A stretch of DNA of 64,000 nucleotides from a plasmid: the sequence record NZ_CP064116.1; one strand, written 5' to 3'. This document shows, one piece after another, positions 1 to 9,695 of the stretch (position 1 is the stretch's first letter; each line of letters starts with the position of its first letter). The notes beneath the pieces were generated by a model. It made no database searches and was not told where the DNA came from. It was given only the letters and a program-made list of their open reading frames with translations. The position numbers were made by a program, and so were the translations under genes.

Positions 1-313
1 TTATAAAAAACTGCTCCTGCAAACTATGGTAAAATAATAAACAATTACACTCCTTAATCTAAATATATCAATATTTTTGCCGATATATATAGTAAGTAAG
101 GGAGTGTCATGAACGATTTTCATATTTTAAGTATCTGTATTCAGAATAAGGATGTGGCAGGCGCAATGCGCGTGCTGCGTGATAAATCAGAATTTGCGGT
201 GCGCAAGATTCTGGAGAAACTCAGAGTCAGGATCACAACGCAAACCGGCAGGGCATTCTGGCATTATGTTCAGGGCTGGCTGTTAACCGCGTGTCGCCAG
301 GGGAATATACAGC

Positions 314-1084
314 ATGAATCATTCATTACCCGACGTTCTTCCCACTATCCGGAACGCCAGCCAGCTCAGTCCCGCTGCACTCGATATGGTCAAACTTCTC
401 GCACTTCTGGCCATGATTATCGACCACACCAATACGGTGTTTCTGTCGTCAGCCTTGCCGGTGATGTATGCGCTTGGCCGGATGGCCTTCCCCCTGTTCA
501 CGCTTATATGGGCGATGAACGTACAGCGCACCCCGGAGCGACTGCAGAAGAGAGCCAATCGTCTGTGGATCTGGGCAGTCATAACGCAGCCGGTGTTCAG
601 CCTGGCCTTCCAGAATCAACAGCCCTGGTGGGCCCTGAACATTCTGTTCGTGTTTGCAGGCGTCACGCAGCTGCTTGCCCTGCAGTACCGGCACGGCCGG
701 AAAGGAATGCTTGCCGGGTATCTGCTCCTGGCCCTTATGATTTGGCCCCTGCAGCCGGCAAGTTACGGACTGGCAGGAATAACGCTGGCCATCAGTATGG
801 CAACGGTTTCTGGCAGCGATACACCCGGAGTGCAGCGGCTGGCAGCCATCACTGCCGTGCTGTCACTGATTTGTTTAAACGGGTTATCGCATCTCCTGGA
901 TATGCCCGCAGAAACATTATTACTGGCCACGCTGCCTACTCTGGCATTCCCCCTGGCAGTGGTTTCATTCTGCAGGCAAATATGTCCGGAGGGCCGTAGG
1001 CGTTTCATGCCGCGTAATTTCTTTTATTATGCTTACGCCGGCCACCTGGGGATCATTGGTCTGGTACAGACTACTTTTGGCTGA
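314..1084 (+). CDS. traX: TraX-like F-pilin acetylase, terminal gene of the F-like tra operon
   Basis: 256-aa polytopic membrane protein. N-terminal LSPAALDMVKLLALLAMIIDH and overall hydrophobic pattern are typical of TraX. It sits immediately before an IncFII replicon, as in F-like plasmids. Confidence 0.75.
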   Translation: MNHSLPDVLPTIRNASQLSPAALDMVKLLALLAMIIDHTNTVFLSSALPVMYALGRMAFPLFTLIWAMNVQRTPERLQKRANRLWIWAVITQPVFSLAFQNQQPWWALNILFVFAGVTQLLALQYRHGRKGMLAGYLLLALMIWPLQPASYGLAGITLAISMATVSGSDTPGVQRLAAITAVLSLICLNGLSHLLDMPAETLLLATLPTLAFPLAVVSFCRQICPEGRRRFMPRNFFYYAYAGHLGIIGLVQTTFG

Positions 1085-1095
1085 CTTAGGATGAC

Positions 1096-1437
1096 GTGAT
1101 GGCTATCAGTGAGAAAGAGCTTCTTGAGGCAGGTTTCAGTAACCGTGATGTGGATACTTTACTGGAGCGGCTTTCAGCAACCGGTGGCACTATGCAGGGC
1201 TTCATTGCAGCACTTTCACGACGCTTCCGGGTATCGGTATGGATCACGGTCGCGCTCGCTCTGATTATGCTGGTCATTCTCATCGCCGGCAGCCGGACAC
1301 ATATCCTGTCTGGCGGCATGAGTTCCCTCGTTGTCCTGACCATTGCCTGGTTGACCTTTCCACCGGCTCTTGGCTGGAAAGCATTCCGCCTGCAGAAGAA
1401 TGCCCGGGGCAGGTTTCAGCAAAGTGATAGCCCGTAA
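1096..1437 (+). CDS. small membrane protein (113 aa), tandem paralog 1
   Basis: ORF with soluble N-terminal segment followed by a two-helix hydrophobic hairpin. Clear paralog of the next gene. Confidence 0.45.
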   Translation: MMAISEKELLEAGFSNRDVDTLLERLSATGGTMQGFIAALSRRFRVSVWITVALALIMLVILIAGSRTHILSGGMSSLVVLTIAWLTFPPALGWKAFRLQKNARGRFQQSDSP

Positions 1438-1519
1438 CCACCTGACAGATTATCGGTCGGGCTTAACTGGTTATTGGCGCAGGGCATGTTAAACTTCCCG
1501 CAGGGAAAAGGAGAGAAGC

Positions 1520-1849
1520 ATGAACCATGAAAGTGATCTGATGAACCACGGCTTCAGTGAAGAGGACATTGTCCGGCTGCGGGCCAGTTCAGCTAAGACG
1601 GGTACGGAGATGGATACCCTGCTGAACGATCTGGCAAACCGTTTTAAGGCCCTGATATGGGTGTTGTCAGTCATGTTACTGATTTTTGTGGCCACACTTT
1701 TGGCTGGCTCGAGGATGCATACCATTTCCTTCGGCGTGGCTATTCTTGTTCTTGGCACTCTGTTTACGATTACCATGCCTTTGAAGCTGGCCTATAAATC
1801 ATGGCATTACCGCCGGAAAAATCTCATTTCCCGGAGTCATCAGAAGTGA
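1520..1849 (+). CDS. small membrane protein (109 aa), tandem paralog 2
   Basis: Same architecture as 1096-1437, with similar N-terminal motif (GFS..D...L...L) and TM hairpin. An upstream aggagag ribosome-binding site is present. Confidence 0.45.
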   Translation: MNHESDLMNHGFSEEDIVRLRASSAKTGTEMDTLLNDLANRFKALIWVLSVMLLIFVATLLAGSRMHTISFGVAILVLGTLFTITMPLKLAYKSWHYRRKNLISRSHQK

Positions 1850-2639
1850 TCAGATCGAAAACAACCTTAGCCTTTACCCCCCATCCCACAATTTTCATTG
1901 TCAGTTTACCCCGGGACATGGTGTCGATTTTCCGGTAAAAATCGGTGCTGATATAGTTAAACAGACGCCATGTCCCAGGTCTGGCCATTAATCCATAGAC
2001 ACTGTAGATATTGCCTGCAAGCGCGATCCCGTTGTATATCCCTAACCCTGTTGATCGTTCAAATCCCATGAATTTAGCGATGTTCATGGCACCATCACCA
2101 AACATACCCTGCGTGTCAGGTTCATTCAGGAACTGACGACCAACTTCACGGGTTATCGTGTTGGCCGAGTCGACAATCAGAATAGCCCCGGCAAGAACGC
2201 CTACGGGGGTCATTGAGGAAGTCAGCACGAAGCCAAATACGCCCTGCATACCTGCCAGCACCACTTTAATTCCTGAGATGACATAACCGACCATCCGGTC
2301 TTCATCCCTGACGTATTTGATCTGGGCATATAGTTTCGCATAACCGGTCTGGAGCTGCCGGCTCTGCTCAAGCAGACTGCTGTTTTCTGCCTGCAGGTTA
2401 CGCAGGCAGGTCATGCACTCTTCGTCAGACTTTGCCCGCCGGGCACGCTCAAATTCGCCATTAATGACAGATTTAATTTCATCGATGAATTTGAGACGCG
2501 TCAATCCATCCCCCAGATGTCGGGCGCCAACAATATTAGCGGTATTGACGAGTTTGCGGGCCTCCAGATTAATCATGGTTTCTGCCCAGAGTCGTGCCTG
2601 GCTTTTGTTTCCCGGAAGAATTATATCCATTTTACTCAT
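1824..2639 (-). CDS. hypothetical membrane protein (271 aa), possibly DUF4225-like
   Basis: Long ORF with N-terminal coiled/soluble part and a C-terminal cluster of Gly/Ala-rich TM helices. No catalytic motif recognised. Confidence 0.4.
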   Translation of the reverse strand: MSKMDIILPGNKSQARLWAETMINLEARKLVNTANIVGARHLGDGLTRLKFIDEIKSVINGEFERARRAKSDEECMTCLRNLQAENSSLLEQSRQLQTGYAKLYAQIKYVRDEDRMVGYVISGIKVVLAGMQGVFGFVLTSSMTPVGVLAGAILIVDSANTITREVGRQFLNEPDTQGMFGDGAMNIAKFMGFERSTGLGIYNGIALAGNIYSVYGLMARPGTWRLFNYISTDFYRKIDTMSRGKLTMKIVGWGVKAKVVFDLITSDDSGK

Positions 2640-3050
2640 CCTGATTGAAAATCACCCGTTAAAGCTTATCGCGCTCCCGGATTTAGGCAACCCTGCTTTA
2701 AAGGGTAAAATAATAGTCTGATGCTGTCAGTAAACCTTCGCCCATGATGGCCAGCCTGTGTAGTCCAGGGTTCATGGAACATGTATGCCGCGAAGCGGCA
2801 TGGAGACGCCAGCCGGAGCTGAACCGGGTGATTCTGGTGAGGGGCGTCGTAACCGGCATCAGCCGTTACGGATTGATAGGTTCTGCCAATCCCATCCCTT
2901 TCCCTGCAAAGCTATACCCGCTTAAAGCTTTCCGATTGCTAATGTGCGCGGTCGGAGTGAGTCCGTCAAGGCCGATGGCCGCTGACGGGCTGTATCTCCG
3001 CGTTAGCGCCGTCAGGCGCTTACGAGCGTGTATGAAGTGATTACCGCGAC

Positions 3051-3580
3051 TTAACTACAGCTACTCTTGATACTAGTTACAACATCCCTCTTAAAGCGAG
3101 GGTGTTCCGGCCCTTTGGGCCGGGGCGGCGTCGGTTTAGCAGGGGTTAGGTATGTATGCGGTGCCGGGTTCTGGCCAGAAAGGGGCCCGGCGCTTGCGAC
3201 GGGAGGTACTTTTGATTTTGTTCTGAGCGCGAGGCCGTGAGGCCGCTGCATGCGAAGGCATTTTTCGTTATCCACAGAGTGACTGCAGACAAAGATCTAC
3301 TCTGGAATGAAATGAACAGAGAGATAAAAACGGTGAAGTAAGACTGTTTTGCGGAATGTCTTTTATTCGTTTCCGGGTTACTTCACTTATTCGTTTGCGG
3401 ATTTCTGTGTAAAAAAAAGAGACAGTGGCCACTGGGGGCCATAACGACAAGCAGAACGTCATGGTGACCGGAAGGAGAACGGAGTGAAGGTTGAAAAATG
3501 AGCAGAGTGGCCGAAAAAAACCAGCACGAAAAGCCCCGGTGAGGGGCCCGTAAACAAGAAGACTGTTGTGTCGTCTGTGA
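3051..3580. promoter_or_regulatory. IncFII-type origin region downstream of repA (GC-rich hairpins, DnaA box TTATCCACA at 3268-3276, A-rich tract)
   Basis: Lies directly 3' of repA. Contains a perfect DnaA box, GC-rich palindromes (ccggccctttgggccgg) and an A-rich run, the layout of an oriR. Confidence 0.5.
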
Positions 3581-4594
3581 CTAGTCCGGGGGAGAAAGCG
3601 CCAGATCCAGCTGGTAAAGATGCTGGATGGCCAGAGCCTTCAGGCGCTCAGATGTGCACCAGTACGCTTCGTCAGGCGGGAGGGTGCGGTAAATCCATTC
3701 AGACATTGCATGGAGTCGTTCATCTGCCGGCAGCTTAATCAGATTGTTGGCACGTTTACGCTCCGCGCCTTTATTGCGGCGGTAAACGAGTGCCTCCCGA
3801 CGCTTACGGCCAGACCAGCATTTCCGCGCAGAGTGGGCCTGAACATCATCATGTTCGCTCATCACTCCTTCCCGGATCAGCTGCTCACGCTCGGCGCTCT
3901 GACGGAGCTTCTTCTCCTGCTCTTTAAACAGCTTGTCCATATCGACGCCCAGCATCTGGAATCCCACGGGGGTTATATAGACATACGTTGGCAACCAGGT
4001 GCGGGATTCACGATCCCAGGCGCGTTCTTCTGCGAGGCCCAGAACGCCAAACCGTACCTGTTCCTCAATAAGCCGTGAAAGGCGTGACACCGTCACCTCC
4101 GTTTCAGGAATGACATTGCCTTTTGCGTCCTTTGCACTGAGTTCTTTTGCAAGACGGGAGATACACATGCCGACGGTATGCTTGCCGGCATCACAGAAGC
4201 TGATGAGCACTGGCCAGAGCGCATCGAGCAGGCGCTGACGTTCCGGACGGAAGCCATATTTACGTCCCGCCTTACGGCGGCCGGCGACATAGAGAGGGTG
4301 ACGAGAAACATGCATGCGCAGGCTGACCTGCCCGGTTTCTTTGTCTTTTTTCACCAGGCGATTGTAGGCATGACCGAGCTGTCCGGAGAGCTTTTTATAA
4401 TGCTCCGGGCGATACCAGGCCGGGTTCTCACATTTGGCTTTTGTGGAATGCTCACCGCGTTTGCGGCGGGTCAGTTTTTTGACCGGTGCAATGAGGAAAT
4501 TACCCTGAGTGCCGGCATCGACATCCTGGCAGAAACGGGTTAGCTCATCTTTCGGTAGATCTGACCAGTGAACAGAAATCTGATTGTCATTCAC
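3581..4594 (-). CDS. repA: IncFII-family replication initiator RepA (RepA1-like), GTG start
   Basis: 337-aa basic protein with IncFII_repA-like signature (RHPLYVAGRRKAGRKYGFRPERQ). The start codon overlaps the stop of an upstream leader peptide, as in R100/R1 tap-repA coupling. Confidence 0.8.
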   Translation of the reverse strand: MNDNQISVHWSDLPKDELTRFCQDVDAGTQGNFLIAPVKKLTRRKRGEHSTKAKCENPAWYRPEHYKKLSGQLGHAYNRLVKKDKETGQVSLRMHVSRHPLYVAGRRKAGRKYGFRPERQRLLDALWPVLISFCDAGKHTVGMCISRLAKELSAKDAKGNVIPETEVTVSRLSRLIEEQVRFGVLGLAEERAWDRESRTWLPTYVYITPVGFQMLGVDMDKLFKEQEKKLRQSAEREQLIREGVMSEHDDVQAHSARKCWSGRKRREALVYRRNKGAERKRANNLIKLPADERLHAMSEWIYRTLPPDEAYWCTSERLKALAIQHLYQLDLALSPPD

Positions 4595-4640
4595 GGCGGC
4601 CTGTTCTTATGGCGGCCGGGTGTTGTGTTATGTGGTGCAT
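4587..4640 (-). CDS. repA leader peptide (17 aa, MHHITQHPAAIRTGRRE), translationally coupled to repA
   Basis: Small ORF whose TGA overlaps the repA GTG (cGTGAatga), the classic IncFII arrangement. An antisense CopA-like RNA is expected in 4640-4760 on the + strand. Confidence 0.45.
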   Translation of the reverse strand: MHHITQHPAAIRTGRRE

Positions 4641-5246
4641 GCGTTATAATCCTTCACAGGCCACGCGCCTGCTTTTGGACCCCCTGATATCTGTGTCTTC
4701 CGCCAAGATGATGACAGATGTCGGGGGGGTTGTGCATTCAGGCTCCGGGAAATCCCGTTACCTGCTCCTGAACGTTTTACTGGACACGTCCTGTCCCTGT
4801 CTGTTTCCGGAAGTCCGCATTTCTTCCGTAAAACCATCTTTTGCCACCCGCCTGCCTCACCACAAAGCAGTCAAACCGTCAGTTTGAGTTAGGACACAAA
4901 AGTAATCTGAATCAACAATCTGTCCCACCACAAGACGATCGCTGACGATCCGAATACTACCTTCTCATCAGTAACTTTTCCAGATGTTAGACCAGATAAC
5001 AATCCATAGTTTTCATGCTAATTGTCCGGATGAGACTGCTAGCAAGCATCGCACGCAGTAAATTCAGGGCGTTGGGTTTGATTTGGTAGGCCAGAGCAAG
5101 GAAAATAATTTAGAGGAAGAGCTTTACCTAATAGTTGCAAGTTGACTCTTTCGTATGTTCACTGCACTTAAAAAACCGTATAGCTTTTGCTATACAGAAT
5201 CCATATGGTATGCTTGTAAAGCAATCGCTATACAAGGAGCGCACTC

Positions 5247-5986
<740 letters not shown>

Positions 5987-6352
5987 GGTTTGAGGAAGAA
6001 AGGGGCTTGTTCGATATTTAAGATATTGATTTATAATGACTTTACCATTGAATTTAACATAATCTTTGTTATGCGAAGTTATTGATTTATAAGGGTAAGT
6101 TGCTCATTTTTACATGAAATACGCACTAATGAATGCGTTTTGAGTGATTGCAGGAAGGCACCTAAAACCTAATAAAATAGCCCAGCCATAAGGCTCAGGC
6201 ACACGTCCAGAACATAAATCCCGGTCGCAGACCCTGGTTTGTTTGAGGCAAGTTCAAAGCGGTAGAATCGACCATCAGTGCTACAAAGAACTGGGTACAC
6301 TAAAATTTAAGAGCAATGAATCCGGCCATTGTTAATCTAAGTGCCAGTATGA

Positions 6353-7171
6353 TTAAAATTTACTCGCATGGATAACATCCATTATAAATACAACTAAAGT
6401 ATGAGATGCATTAACTGCGAGTCTAGCTTCGGCAACTACTATCTGCGGAGGGTTTTGACCACGCCCATGAGCACTCCCTATATGTGACCGGAATGCGCCA
6501 ATACCGTCGATTAGTGATGAAATTCCTTTTAAAATTTTGTGCTGGTCACCCGCTAAAGTGGGATCGGAATTAAGGTCCAAGTCTGGCTGTACGACAGCCC
6601 AAAGTGGTGCTACATTCAATTTTTGTGGCATAGGTAAATTGAATTTTTCTATGTAGCATTTTAATGCAGATTCAATTATAGCGCATGCGGCAGTGACTGA
6701 TGCATGTGGATCGGTTTGAATATTCTCCACTGCACGAAGAAACTCATTTTCAATGGATGAATAGTCACCAGACTTTAGATAATCCTCTAACGTCTTAGAA
6801 ATCGGAGTAGACCCAGACTTAGTTATAAATCCATTGAGTCTGTAGACTAATTGGTTCTTGGATAAAGCATCAATTATTCTTTTTTGTCCACTTTCGACTG
6901 TAGACCCAGCTCCTGCCCTAGAGAATGAATTTGGAGGTAAATCCATATATTTTTGGATAATTATCCCCAGTACTGAAATTGCATCTACTGAGTCATCTTC
7001 ATTGCAAGCTTTAAGCCAATTGCTGCATTTTGTTTCACAGTTTCCTGGAGGCACCTCACCAGGTGCGCCCGATTCCATAAACAGTGAATTTAAAGTTGAA
7101 TGGCTAAAATAATGCTCACCCAGTACTGAAGACACCGCGCCAATTACATTGTTAGGTATTTTATTATTCAT
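6353..7171 (-). CDS. abortive-infection family protein with Abi_C C-terminal domain
   Basis: C-terminal IGSAHGRG...ARLAVNASHTLVVFIMD matches the Abi_C GTGHGR signature. Sits in an AT-rich islet. Confidence 0.5.
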   Translation of the reverse strand: MNNKIPNNVIGAVSSVLGEHYFSHSTLNSLFMESGAPGEVPPGNCETKCSNWLKACNEDDSVDAISVLGIIIQKYMDLPPNSFSRAGAGSTVESGQKRIIDALSKNQLVYRLNGFITKSGSTPISKTLEDYLKSGDYSSIENEFLRAVENIQTDPHASVTAACAIIESALKCYIEKFNLPMPQKLNVAPLWAVVQPDLDLNSDPTLAGDQHKILKGISSLIDGIGAFRSHIGSAHGRGQNPPQIVVAEARLAVNASHTLVVFIMDVIHASKF

Positions 7172-7807
7172 TCTTTCCTACGGGATTATTCTATTGTTAA
7201 TTTCAATTAATTATTATAACCGAAAAATGAGGTACGATAAATACCTGGTTTTTACATAACCAACATTGGCAAGCTGTTCCTGATAATTAACGCTCTGGAC
7301 AAGTCCGATTGTCAGGTGGGGTTTGAGTGCCTGGGCAGTCATATGACCGCCCAGGATTTGTTTAGAGATAGCCGAGGTACTTCGTAACAAGAGTCAAAAG
7401 ACCAGTAATGGACACAATGACCGCCGCTACATCCACTTTTATCTCAATTTTCAGATCGATATTCATCGCTTATGCTCTGATATGATCTGGGGCCCCAGAC
7501 ACGTAATATCTGGCGTATTTATACTGCCGCAGCCTTGGACAGTTCGTGGTTTACATAACCGGTATTGTTCCCACGTTCCGAGTTTCCTGAAACGCTCTTT
7601 AACCCTCACCATCAGCCCTGCCAATGATAAGTTTGCCCACAGGGCAGTCTCCGAACGTCTTTTCGACCCATCAGCAACTTATGCCTAAGTCACCGGAGGC
7701 GTGCGAGCCACACATTGAACATTACAGATCTATTAGCAGCTTGTCACCGGGTGAAGATGTAAAGGTTTTGTATTAATTCGAAGAAGAGGTTTTGATCATG
7801 AAAAGAT

Positions 7808-7934
7808 TGGTGGCTGGCGAGGACTCGAACCTCACATCCCCTTCCAATAGATTCAGTACCTAAACCTATTGGAAGGCCCTTCAAAATTGCTTATGAAGGG
7901 ACCCAGGGAGCTCTACCAACTAAGCTAACCAGCC
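7808..7934 (-). other. tRNA-like element (127 nt): intact acceptor, D and T arms and CCA, but ~50 nt extra in the anticodon/variable region including an 11-bp perfect hairpin
   Basis: Reverse complement reads ggctggttagcttagttggtagagc...ggttcgagtcctcgccagccacca. The 5' ggctggt pairs with the 3' (g/a)ccagcc. Too long for a canonical tRNA. Overlaps the stop of the ORF ending at 7920. Confidence 0.4.
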
Positions 7935-8894
7935 ATTAAATGCATTCCGGAGTCTATCAACCTCATCTTTATCTTGCAAGTAATTGTTGATTAATGTCTT
8001 TGTGATTGCATTGTCTTTACGAGGACCAGTAAGGTGTTTATATTTTATGCAAAGTGATTTTGCGATTTTTTCAATGTCTAACATTTTTTGGCAGATATGG
8101 TGGGCGACCTGTTGGCATACCTGAGAATACAGAATTACATCACGTATTGTTAATTCAGCTTCTTTATTAACTTCATGCTTGTATTTTTTACTCATTTTAA
8201 TTAAGTCAGATTCTGAAAACATTTCTTCCCAAAGATTAGTGTTTTCTCGGCTATGTGCGTTAATATTACGAACAAGTCTAAAGTAATCCAATAATTTTAA
8301 ATCAAGTTCATCAATGTAAATTGACAACTCATTATGGTTTAATTTAGGATGCGTAATCTTACCATTTATTTTGTTCACATGAGCATGGTGAATTGCTCTA
8401 CGTAGTATGTCTACATTATCAATATTGAATGACCGTTCATCACTATATATTTTTTTTGACAAGGAAATGTAGTCTTTCAAAAATGATTCTAGGCAGCTAT
8501 ATATAAATGCAATATGACTTTGTGTTACGTAGAGAGATGTTTTGTAAATCTCTAAATGTGCAACTTTTAGTTTTGCATTTTTATGCTTTTTAGTTACGTC
8601 TTCAATTCGATTAATGTTAATGCGGCCAGATTCATCTTTGCAAAGGAGTTCCTTTACTGCTACATCAATCAGAATTAAATGTGGGTTTACTGTCCCTAAA
8701 AGTTTTCTGAATTTTGTCTCAATAGATCGTGGCTGCATATCTTCTGTCATAGGTAACGCCTCCTGTGTTGAGATTGATTTTATAAAATACACGGCAAAGA
8801 TTAACTTCACTTTGATAGTCAGAGACCGTTTAAGCGAGTTGTGGGCTAAAGATAAATTATTATTGGTCTGAATCCTCAGGCCATTAATATTCAA
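7920..8894 (-). CDS. hypothetical protein from very AT-rich DNA, possible HEPN/Abi-like (R-x4-H motif RNINAH)
   Basis: Long ORF in ~30% GC DNA. Start overlaps the stop of the upstream gene (8884-8894); an internal Met (MTEDMQ) is an alternative start. No firm family assignment. Confidence 0.35.
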   Translation of the reverse strand: MNINGLRIQTNNNLSLAHNSLKRSLTIKVKLIFAVYFIKSISTQEALPMTEDMQPRSIETKFRKLLGTVNPHLILIDVAVKELLCKDESGRININRIEDVTKKHKNAKLKVAHLEIYKTSLYVTQSHIAFIYSCLESFLKDYISLSKKIYSDERSFNIDNVDILRRAIHHAHVNKINGKITHPKLNHNELSIYIDELDLKLLDYFRLVRNINAHSRENTNLWEEMFSESDLIKMSKKYKHEVNKEAELTIRDVILYSQVCQQVAHHICQKMLDIEKIAKSLCIKYKHLTGPRKDNAITKTLINNYLQDKDEVDRLRNAFNGWLA

Positions 8895-9534
8895 CGATAT
8901 CTTGCTTCACGGAACTTAAATCAATCTCTGGCTGTAAAATCAGGACAGTATAACCCATACTCACAGGCAATTTCTCAGTTTTGAGCCCGCACTGCTCCAA
9001 TAATGGAAATATCCCGTCTGGAACGCCAGTTACACGCACCTCAAGTGGCAATATAAGATTTCCTGATTCTGTAAATGAGCTATGGAGTTGAGATTTCTGT
9101 GTATACACAGCCGATACATCTGTACCGCATTTCCAACCATCCTGCCACTCGGTATCGGATAATAGGTGATCCTGCCAGCCCATTGAACGTAGCGTGTCAA
9201 TCATGCAGGTGAATCTAAACAGCGTGCTCTGATTGGCTAACTCACCAGAGCTTGCCAGCCAGATATACTCCACCTTGCTGTAAAGCCGTGCTGATGGCCC
9301 TTTCAGTTTCCCTTGTTCCTGTAACCAGATTATGTCAGGCGCCAGAGATTTAGGAAAAACCTTGCGTTTCTGAGCGGTTGAAAGCCACTGCATTATGAAC
9401 ATGTGTGTTTGAAGAGACGTGAGAGATCTTCCCTCTTTCCGTGCAAGCTTTACCGCTACGATGATGCACCAGGCGAGATGAGCTAGTTCAGTATCAGGGC
9501 GCTTAGTAGTTAGCTCAGTCAATACTTTCTCCAC
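8884..9534 (-). CDS. hypothetical protein (216 aa), second gene of the ImpA_N-led operon
   Basis: ORF co-oriented with and 161 bp downstream of the 448-aa gene. No recognisable motif. Confidence 0.4.
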   Translation of the reverse strand: MEKVLTELTTKRPDTELAHLAWCIIVAVKLARKEGRSLTSLQTHMFIMQWLSTAQKRKVFPKSLAPDIIWLQEQGKLKGPSARLYSKVEYIWLASSGELANQSTLFRFTCMIDTLRSMGWQDHLLSDTEWQDGWKCGTDVSAVYTQKSQLHSSFTESGNLILPLEVRVTGVPDGIFPLLEQCGLKTEKLPVSMGYTVLILQPEIDLSSVKQDIVEY

Positions 9535-9695
9535 GACTGTTAAGGAAAATTTTAAGGCCGGAGATTATCATGAAATTGGTTGTTGGCGAACCGGCGAAAT
9601 GAGGTCAAGTTTCGAGTTTCGAAGTAGGTAGGGATGAGGTGTATGAAGCCAAACCGGCGCGTCTTCATCATTACCTGGTATGTCTAACCCAAAAT

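Noticed and set aside
109-999. 296-aa ORF overlapping traX in another frame
   Set aside because: Pro/Ala/Arg-rich low-complexity translation of GC-rich DNA. The in-frame traX membrane protein explains the region.
4628-4837. 69-aa ORF upstream of repA as candidate CopB
   Set aside because: No similarity to the basic 86-aa CopB/RepA2. Overlaps the leader/antisense-RNA region in a different frame.
7808-7934. Calling the tRNA-like sequence a bona fide tRNA gene
   Set aside because: At 127 nt with about 71 nt between D and T arms and no canonical 5-bp/7-nt anticodon stem-loop it cannot be a standard tRNA. Kept only as a tRNA-like element.
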